From: Macrostomum lignano
Lineage: Eukaryota
DNA length: 64,000 bases
NCBI GenBank assembly: GCA_002269645.1
Contig: NIVC01000494.1
Location: 186,001 to 250,000 of the forward strand
Reading direction: 5' to 3'
The notes under the pieces are model-generated. The model ran no database searches. It saw nothing but the letters and a program-made list of their open reading frames with translations, and was not told the origin of the DNA. The number at the start of each line of letters is the position of its first letter. The stretch's first letter is position 1. The translations under genes were made by a program, and so were the position numbers. Positions 55,901-64,000 of this stretch are shown here, piece by piece.

Positions 55901-58900
55901 CGCTCACGTGGCAAAGGAGAACATGCACTTTGGGCGTGACAGTCAATCCCAGTGCCAGGTATGCAGCTCCAAAATTTTCGATTTGCTCACCAAAATCCGG
56001 GACCAATTCCTGGCCAAATGCTCCATTAACAACGCTGTTGAAGCAAATCAAGCACTGGGCGAAGGGCTGTAGTTCATGAGGAACGTCTTCAAGAAGAACC
56101 TCAGCCATCAGCAGCAATTTGCAACAAGCGTTGCCTTCCATTGTGCCGCCGCGGTACCCCGCTCGCACGATGCCGTGAGATTGTAGCCATGCAAATCCGC
56201 GGTCTTCACCCCAAGCTTCGTTCAAAGAATCAAGCAATTTGTTACTGATTCTGAGCAGAAGATGCAGTTCAGGAGGGGGCAGCAGCATCAGCACTTCCTC
56301 GTCATCATCACCAGCCAGCAGCGGCAGATTGACACAGTTCATGAACTGCTTCGCTCTGCTCCAAACTCGTCCAGCAGAATTGAACTCCTGCACTTTCTGC
56401 CGAATTCTACCGAGGGTTTGTGGCCTGCCGCTTGTCGTCAGTGGTGCAGTAGACTCGCAGTACAGACATGGGTGAGCACACGAGTGAGGCTGGAGTCCGC
56501 AGAGAATGTTTGCTAGCTTCATGTCTGTGACAGTCACAGCAGACAGCTCTACCACAGAAACAGCCTGTAGCAGTGTTTTTACATTTTTGTATGTTTCTGA
56601 GATGTCGTTGACGATTGCGAGAACTATAATTTTTTTTACTCCAGCGTCATTGAACTGTGAGTGGCATTGCACACTTTCGTGAACTGCAGCAGCACCGCCG
56701 TGCGCCTGATGGTCAGACGTGGACGCAACGACAAACACGCAAATCTTAAAAAAACCTCCGCCACCATCAAGCCCCAGCCGGCATTCGAAGTTAGAGGCTC
56801 CTCGCTGTTGGACAATAAATTCAATGAGACGCGAAGCATCAGTGCAGAGGACAGCAGCACGATCACCAATGGCAAAAGATGACAGCTCGAATTGAAGTGT
56901 CTGAAGTTTAAAAAAGTCTTCCAATATACGATTCTGAGTCACTAATGAATCTTTCAGCCTAGATTCAACTGCTCGCGAAAAGCTTGCACCAGCTCTTAGT
57001 ACCTGCGCGACCTGCAGCGTCTGATTGTTGCTAAGATTCAGCACACCTTTCAGTGTCTTCATTGTGCTGATAGAAGTTGCAGGGAAGCTGGTTGCTCCAT
57101 TGCCCACACTAGCACCAACAGTCACGCGCATTGGGCGACCACCTTCCATCCGTGACAAGGAAACACAGCTGGAGCCACTTGCTGCAGCCTTTGTTGATAT
57201 GCAGCTGCTGGCCAGCATGTCCTGCGTATCAGGACTGATGCCCTGCTGCAGATTAGTCAGTCACGTTGCTCTTGAGCAGTTGTGTTTCTTGCCACGGACA
57301 ATTTCTGATCGACAAAACGAGCAAATGAACTGTGGTTGTGCTGCATCAGCTGCCGACAATGGATGTTTTCGAGGTCATCCTGGACGAGATGCAGCAGCGC
57401 CAGTACTGTAAGAGCTGACAGAAGTTGTCAACTTGCTGCTGTTCTTCGATCTGGCAAGCTCGCACAGTTTGCAAGAGCAATGCGGATTATTTCTTGTGGA
57501 CGGAGGCAGACTCTGCAGGTCGGCAACCATCTGCTCATAGTTTCGCCTTGGTGGCAACTCACGAGGCGCTGGACCAGATAGAGATGAAATGATGCATTGA
57601 CACCCGTCACACAAGCCGGTCGGCAGAATGTGCTGTACAGAGGCGAAATTCGGCACCAAATCCTCAGCAGAAAAATTGGCTACTGACCAAATTGAGCGCG
57701 AGGCTTTCTGCAAACAGAGCAAACACAGACTCTCTCTGCACTCCTCATGTGATTTTTTTGCATTTGGCATATTCTGAAATTCTGAAATTGATCGCTGGCC
57801 ACTGATGCAAGAGACAAATGTTTTGAATTTGGCCTTGACTTGAGTATTGGTTGTGATATTTATTTGAGTGCTGATATGAGTTGGCTATGAAAGTTGCAAT
57901 AATCAATGTACATCTGACAATCTGACGCATATGAAATAGAACAGTACGAACGTACGTTCATGTGCTAATTTCAATATTGAGCAAAGAGAGTGCGTGAGAC
58001 CTAGAGCACAACAGTTCATATTGAAGCTAGAGCAGAGCATTGGCTGCTGCATACATTCTGATTAGCAACTGCTCATCCAGTATAATAGCAGTTTATATCA
58101 TAAAAACATAAAAGCAGACCAGGCTATAAAAGCAGTTTTTAGGCGATTTCACACGAAGGAAGCAGCTAATTTCGAGTACATAAATTAATTATGCTAGCTA
58201 ATTAACATAATTAGGCATAACTGGTCAGGACAAACCAATTTCATTTTAGGAAAATATTCCCCTAGCAGCTGAGATGTTCCTCTATCACACTGCAGTGGTC
58301 GTTTTATTGGGCATTTTTTTACCCCGAAATCTTATTCCAGCCCAACCGTGATTCCAGTCTGTTCGCATCTAGGCTATCTCGTTTCAACCGGAGAACATGA
58401 ACTCTCACCCTTAATTTAAGTATTACAGCAAGTCAGTTAGAGTAAAAAGTTATGACATAATCAATTTCTCAGTCAGCCAGTACTAGTCTCAATTTAAGTT
58501 AGCAATATTGGTTATGCAATTTAAATAAAGTCGTATGTGCATTTCTTCAACACTGTTTTCAACTTGTTGTGATGCAATCACAATCGGAATTCAGTCAGTT
58601 AGTTTTTTCTCTAGCATTCTTACAATGCATTTCAAGTCAAAAATTTGGCTTGACCTTTGCAAAAAAGCATGTTTTTCAAATATTTAATCCCTTTAACATT
58701 GAGCGATTTCTTAGCCAAGATGCATGTACCATCCCAGGAAAATTTCTGATTGAATGGTGCAAGTTTGAAGAAAATCGGCTTAGCTGTTTTTTCTGAAATC
58801 TATCTCACAGAGACACACATTTCATTTTTAGTATATAGGATATAAAGTCATACAACCTTATATTAACCATATTTTAGATGTAATAAATGCTAGGAAATTC

Positions 58901-61471
58901 TTATATATGGGGAAATCCAAAAATCGGGGGCAAGTTTTATGAAAATTCGTTTTTTGGCAATTTGAAAGCAATAAAGCTATAAAATAAATTTATTCAAGTT
59001 TTTAAAAAGTAAAAAAGTCTATTAAAGCACAAATTATTTTCGTATAGCTTTATTTTTAATAAAATGATTTGTTAAAACGGTAAGTTTAATTACGACCTAA
59101 AATGAGTCTAATGAAAATGATTGAAAAGCTATAATAATGTATTTTATTAACTTTAACTATATTATAATGTTACACTCTATAATTCTACAACATATTTAAC
59201 ATTATTTTAAGGTTTTATTTGTTTATCACTTTCGTTACTCTTGACAACGTGTATTTTGTAGAGTTCGTTTGCAATAAATTGTATTCAACGTAAGTTTATT
59301 ATTTAAACATACAAATTCCCGTAAGGGTCGGAAAATTGCATTTTACTCAGCTTCTACTGAAGCGATTTGGAAAATTCTTTTTTTCCTGCATACACGCCGC
59401 GATGATACATGTTTTAGTGTAATTTCATTGTTCTTCGTCGCTTAATAAGCATACAGTAAGCATCTGATTTGGAAGCCGGGTAACACATTGGAATTCCCAT
59501 AAGGATTGGAAAATTGCATTTTACTCAGCTTCTACTGAAGTGATTTGGAAAATTCTTTTTTTCCTGCATACACGCCGCGATGATACATGTTTTAGTGTAA
59601 TTTCATTGTTCTTCGTCGCTTAATAAGCATACAGTAAGCATCTGATTTGGAAGCCGGGTAACACATTGGAATTCCCATAAGGATTGGAAAATTGCATTTT
59701 ACTCAGCTTCTACTGAAGCGATTTGGAAAATTCTTTTTTTCCTGCATACACGCCGCGATGATACATGTTTTAGTGTAATTTCATTGTTCTTCGTCGCTTA
59801 ATAAGCATACAGTAAGCATCTGATTTGGAAGCCGGGTAACACATTGGAATTCCCATAAGGATTGGAAAATTGCATTTTACTCAGCTTCTACTGAAGCGAT
59901 TTAGAAAATTCTTTTTTTCCTGCATACACGCCGCGATGATACATGTTTTAGTGTAATTTCATTGTTCTTCGTCGCTTAATGAGCATACAGTAAGCATCTG
60001 ATTTGGATGCCGGGTTCACATTTTGTGGTACCATTTTTTACCCAAAAATTTTAAGTCTAAATATAGGCATATTACAAATACTAATGCTATGCAAGTTGAT
60101 ATTTAAATGAAAGAAAACAACTTAAAGATTATTTTGCAACAAGGAATTAGCGATATATTTACTTTTAGAAAAAGATGTTTGCTGGCAAACTTTGCACTTT
60201 ATATTAGTATGAATTTTTGCGAGTTTATATGGTTTTAGAAAAACTTTAAAATCCTTAGAAATACTTCATCTTTTTGAATTGAATAAAAAGTAAAACACAG
60301 ATTACTTTCTGTTTTGTAAGTAGTAAAAAAATTAGCCTTCTCTAAGGCCTACAAGTCTTAAAATTAATTGTTTAATAATGAAAAAAAGTGAAACAAAAAA
60401 TTGCAAATCGGTCAACTCGGACTTTCAAAATGCTTTTTTGTGGTTTTTTCTTGTTTATTCAACAATATAAAGCATGAAAACAATAGTTTTTATCCAGAAC
60501 TATTTTCTAAAGACCTATCTATCTTTCAAAAACCTTTTTTAGATACATTACTTTCCATCGAATGTCCGCAGATTTGTTTTACCGTTTTATCCCACGTTTT
60601 TGGATTTCGCCATATAAAAAGCTCTAGCTAGTGCTATAGTATATAAACAAGCAGTGGCAGATCTAGAGTTTAATTTTGGGGGGGCAATCCAAGTTTGGGA
60701 CGCCAATACAAATATAAGGGGCACCATTTTTTAAAGCTAGGGGATACCAAAAATGCATATATGGGGCAAAAATATAAGCTTAGGGGCACAAAAATGTCTT
60801 TTAGGGGCGAAAAATCAAGTTTAAGGGGCATCAACTCAGGTTTTTGGGGGGTGCAATATGTTCTGTCAAGCTATTTTGGGGGGAGGCAGGCAGCCTAAAT
60901 CTACCACTATAAGCAAGAAATATTACTTGCTAGCATATCATATAATCATTAAAATATAATTAGGCCTAATAATTTATATCCATATACTAAATTTATAACT
61001 ATACTTGTTATAGTTTTTGGCTATACATAAGAGTCTTTAATAGTATAAAAATATGCATATGGTAGACCTGACTGATATGTATAAATAATATTTTATTGCC
61101 ATATCTCTATACTTTTATAGCTATAAATATACCAAATTTGATTAGGGCCTATGCCATCTCTATAGTTTCAATTCATTATGTTTTAGAAATATGAAATATA
61201 ACAAACTTGACAAGTTTTATTACTGCTATGACTTTTGGAATTTAGGATTCAAAAGTATAAGTATAACTATAACTTCTACAAGGCATATATTTTTGTAAAA
61301 GAACTTGCCAACAGATCTGAGATAAAAGACTACAATTTTTATACAGCTAATTCGAGTAAATTAAAAGTAATATATTAAACAAAAATAGTCAATCACAATA
61401 AACAACCAGAGTACTGATTCTGAATAATTAATAACAATTTTTAATCAGAAAACTTACTATTCGGGCGTCAT
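49984..61471 (-). CDS. RAB1: Rab1 small GTPase; exons 61471-61458, 51521-51356, 51284-51054, 50193-49984; 206 aa
   Basis: MTPEY|[58 protein letters not shown] and the C-terminal GCC prenylation motif. All junctions are GT-AG and in phase. Confidence 0.95.
50290..50960. repeat. CT-rich higher-order repeat (98-bp unit built of about 20-bp subunits) in Rab1 intron 3
   Basis: CTTATGTCTCCACACCCC recurs at 98-bp spacing from about 50400 (50403, 50501, 50599 and onward). Confidence 0.9.
52116..52839. mobile_element. hAT-like MITE, 724 bp, in Rab1 intron 1
   Basis: Termini TAAGGATTGCAA / TTGCAAACCCTA, perfect 8-bp TSD ATTGTTCC, subterminal GGGATCC repeats. Confidence 0.9.
53385..54095. repeat. About 18-bp minisatellite (GATAGCAAGCATCCCCCA)n
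   Basis: Tandem variant units with a duplicated sub-block. Confidence 0.92.
54145..54800. repeat. 22-23-bp minisatellite (ATGTTTGACATGGTGGCTCTTTT)n
   Basis: About 28 tandem units. Confidence 0.93.
54888..58350 (-). mobile_element. Full-length Chapaev (CMC superfamily) DNA transposon, 3463 bp
   Basis: About 235-bp TIRs with CACGGTTGGGCTGG termini (CAC...GTG), a 4-bp TSD ATTC (54884-54887 and 58351-58354), and an internal transposase. Confidence 0.9.
55728..57770 (-). pseudogene. Chapaev transposase, single frame of 680 codons with three premature stops
   Basis: N-terminal H-x7-C-x2-C...P-x3-C-x2-C Chapa zinc motif ([12 protein letters not shown]...LPTGLCDGC) and a second Cys/His cluster CSFC...HNC. 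The DDE core is [13 protein letters not shown] and SEQAVES, and the C-terminus is [12 protein letters not shown]. Confidence 0.88.
59315..60020. repeat. 178-bp tandem repeat, about 4 copies
   Basis: GGAAAATTGCATTTTACTCAG recurs at 59330, 59508, 59686 and 59864, and the copies are nearly identical. Confidence 0.96.
60652..60909. mobile_element. hAT-like MITE, 258 bp, decayed
   Basis: Termini CAGTGGCAGATCTAG / CTAAATCTACCACTA, flanks TAAACAAG / TAAGCAAG (7 of 8). Confidence 0.75.
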
Positions 61472-62359
61472 AGTGTACTAGATTTTTACCAGTTAAAAAT
61501 GCAAAGAACCACTTAAGAAGCAACAATTCTTATTAGAGGTAAGTGCAACAATTTTATTATATGATTATATGAAGCACCAAGTATAAAAACTTCACTAGCT
61601 AGTAATATTCAGATGAATGAGAAGATTAGCGAAATATTAGCAATTAGAAAAAATGATTGACGAGTTCGAACACTCGAAAGCAGAGTTATAACAATAGGTA
61701 TTAATTATTCTTAAAATTTGATACACATTCGAAACTATGTTTGTTTTATTATTTTTAATAAAAAATTCTATAATAAAGCAAATAATTCAGCAACCTATAA
61801 TTTTTAAAACGTTGACCTCTTTTCTAAAAGTGGTCTAAGTCCCGTGTAAAATAATGTATGAAGTATAAAGTATAAAGATAACTGTATAAAGATTACAGCC
61901 GTATTTGCTGGAATATATCACAAATGCAGCAAAGTGCAGCAAAAAGGCTCAGATATCACGTCACGATATGGTGATATACTGTATATCATGATTTTCTTAG
62001 CCAAAATGCTGCAACAATGTATCTGATTGTTTACACGTACATGGCGTCGTTTTAAAGTCTACTTTTTTTTCTTAGAGGCAGGGGGGTTGTGTGCACCCTG
62101 GCGCACTTTAAGCGACATAGGCACACAACCGGCGAGAGGCATTACTGCCCATTCCGCCGACTTCCCTGAGCAGGCAAACAAGCGCGCGGATACGTACGCA
62201 GGCACACACTCACACAGGAGTGTACAGCGGCCCTAACTTTATATTATCGTTAGGCATGTACACTTCACTGCGCCTTGGGGGGTTGGCTCTCAAGGCCGTT
62301 AATTGCACGAGCAGAGCCAAGCGGCCGAGATTCTAATTCAGCCCCAAATTAATGTGACT

Positions 62360-62428
62360 GCACTTGGAATCGAGCCTGGGTCGCTGGCACACCAGAGCAG
62401 CTGCGCTACCGCTGGGCTATGGCCCCCC
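62360..62428 (-). mobile_element. tRNA-like head (SINE remnant or tRNA pseudogene)
   Basis: The minus strand GGGGGGCCATAGCCCAGCGGTAG...GGCTCGATTCC has A- and B-box-like motifs, but no clean cloverleaf. Confidence 0.5.
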
Positions 62429-63694
62429 TCGTTTTAAAGTCTAAATGAAACTATAATTTTCCCCCAGCTTTAGGCCTAGCTTAAGAAACTCCGCTAGTAG
62501 CACATGGCCATGTGAATTATATGCTTATCTCGTATGCTTCCTTTAGCAAATTGAGCATTATTGTATAAGATGGTGTTGCTTAACTGCATCAATAGTGGCT
62601 ACAGCTACCCACTGGGAAAAATCATAGCGAGCCACAGTGGCTGCCTCCAACGGCCCGCTTGCGTCCTGTCACGTGGTCCACTCTTAGACCGCTAGCGCCC
62701 TAGCGGCATTTCGCTAGATAGCGACTAGTGATCAGCTATAACGGTCCATGTCTAGCAATTCTATTACATGTATTGAATATACAATAAATGCGCCGCTTTA
62801 TGTCGGATTTGTACAGGCCTAATTAATTCCGTGTAGCTCTGATGATACACCGCACATGCATGGTATTTAAGAATGCATTATCTTCAAATAATTCATTATA
62901 CAGACTTTCGGCATAAGAACTGTAAGAAGCAGTACGTGATCACTGATCAGTACAATTAGAATTTGTTGTGTATTGCAAGGCATGCAATGCGTAGGGATAG
63001 TTCGGGGACAGGGTTTCTAGAAACTTCCACAGCAGGACTTGTTTACGCATTGTTCCAGAAGTTTCCTGACTTTCCTCCCCCGGTCTTTCTAGAACTTTCC
63101 TTCCCCGCGTGCATAAATATACGAGCCGCCCTCCTATTGGCCAAGCCCTCTTTTGGTGCCACTGAGCGCCCGGATAATTATCTACTTGTTTCTGCGTTCG
63201 TTAATTCAACAACAGAACAGAATTGTCACTGGCTCCTGAAGGCTAATAATAAAAAAAACTTAAGATTGGCTAAAAGCGCAGTTACAAATTTAGATTTTCA
63301 TAAGCTGCATGAAGTGACCAATGACCATATAGTGAAGAAATCGCCTTCACATATAATTAGTTATTACAAAATGCAACACATGTATGTAAATATATACACT
63401 TTAATTCCAGATAAAATAGGAACTTGCAATACAATAGATCAACAGAAAAATGCCAAATCGATGTCTTTATTTTAAGTTTCCTCCATGATGCCGCTAAGGG
63501 TTAAGTGGCACACAAGAGGCCCACTAGAACTTTCCCAGTGGGTAGGGCGCAGATTAATATAAATTTATTTGACTTTGATTAGTGTTACTGACTAAATTAG
63601 CGCATTGTTGTGTTTTCTATTGAATGCATATCACACTTATCATGGTTAGGCCTATGGCTATGTAGCAGTAGTTATACCCGATTTGATCGAACCC

Positions 63695-63955
63695 TAGCTG
63701 CTTTGCCCCCGGCTCTGCCACCCTGCTCTCCCTCTTCCTACTCTGCATGCCCCCTTCCTTGCTTTGCCACACTGCTTTCCCTCCCTTGCTCTGATCTGCC
63801 ACCCTGCTCTCCCTCCCTGCTCTGCCCCCTGCTCTACCCCTGCCCTGCCACCCTGCTTTGTATCCCTGCTGTGCCCACTACACTCTCCCTCCCTGTTCTG
63901 CTACCCCGCTCTATCCCCTTCCTCTCCCTTCCTGCTCTACCCCCTGCCCTGCATC
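63695..63955. repeat. CCCTGCT-based low-complexity repeat
   Basis: Degenerate tandem units. Confidence 0.8.
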
Positions 63956-64000
63956 TAAGTCAGTCAACGAAAGTAAAGAGCACAGAGAGAATCCCATTCG

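Noticed and set aside
55125-58125. RAG2-like partner gene or selenocysteine/readthrough decoding inside the Chapaev element
   Set aside because: There is no room or ORF for a second gene. One stop is TAG and all three are simple C-to-T mutations of expected codons.
62963-63475. 170-aa plus-strand ORF and a short minus-strand ORF MRKQVLLWKF...
   Set aside because: No recognisable motif, AT-rich codon usage, and no supported splice structure.
63496-63504. AAGGGTTAA as a piggyBac right end
   Set aside because: No matching TTAACCC left end was found nearby.

Overview
Eukaryotic (animal) genomic DNA with GC-rich exons, GT-AG introns and very abundant micro- and minisatellites. The repeat landscape and the RPS4 sequence suggest a free-living flatworm such as Macrostomum (inference only, unverified). 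Well-supported genes are a FAM149/DUF3719 ciliary gene (+, about 27.7-31.7 kb), a three-exon RPS4 (+, 43551-46227) and a four-exon Rab1 (-, 61471-49984) whose 14-nt first coding exon lies beyond a 9.9-kb intron. A poorly resolved minus-strand multi-exon gene (about 19.9 kb down to 1.9 kb) has weak TRPM-channel-like motifs, and another gene starts at 224 and leaves the window. Mobile DNA includes a complete but nonsense-inactivated Chapaev DNA transposon (54888-58350, 4-bp TSD) and a decayed LOA-clade LINE whose RNase H is split by a P-like MITE. There are also an RTE-clade LINE fragment, CORE-type SINEs and at least eight MITEs with readable TSDs. The most striking signals are a 22-versus-3 CpG contrast between two sister MITEs 2 kb apart, the Chapaev element killed only by C-to-T stops and inserted into a tRNA-like head, X-boxes at the FAM149 gene, and regional enrichment of the palindrome TAGGCCTA. 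I found no CRISPR array or prokaryotic-type system, and most long ORFs in the supplied track are tandem-repeat artefacts.
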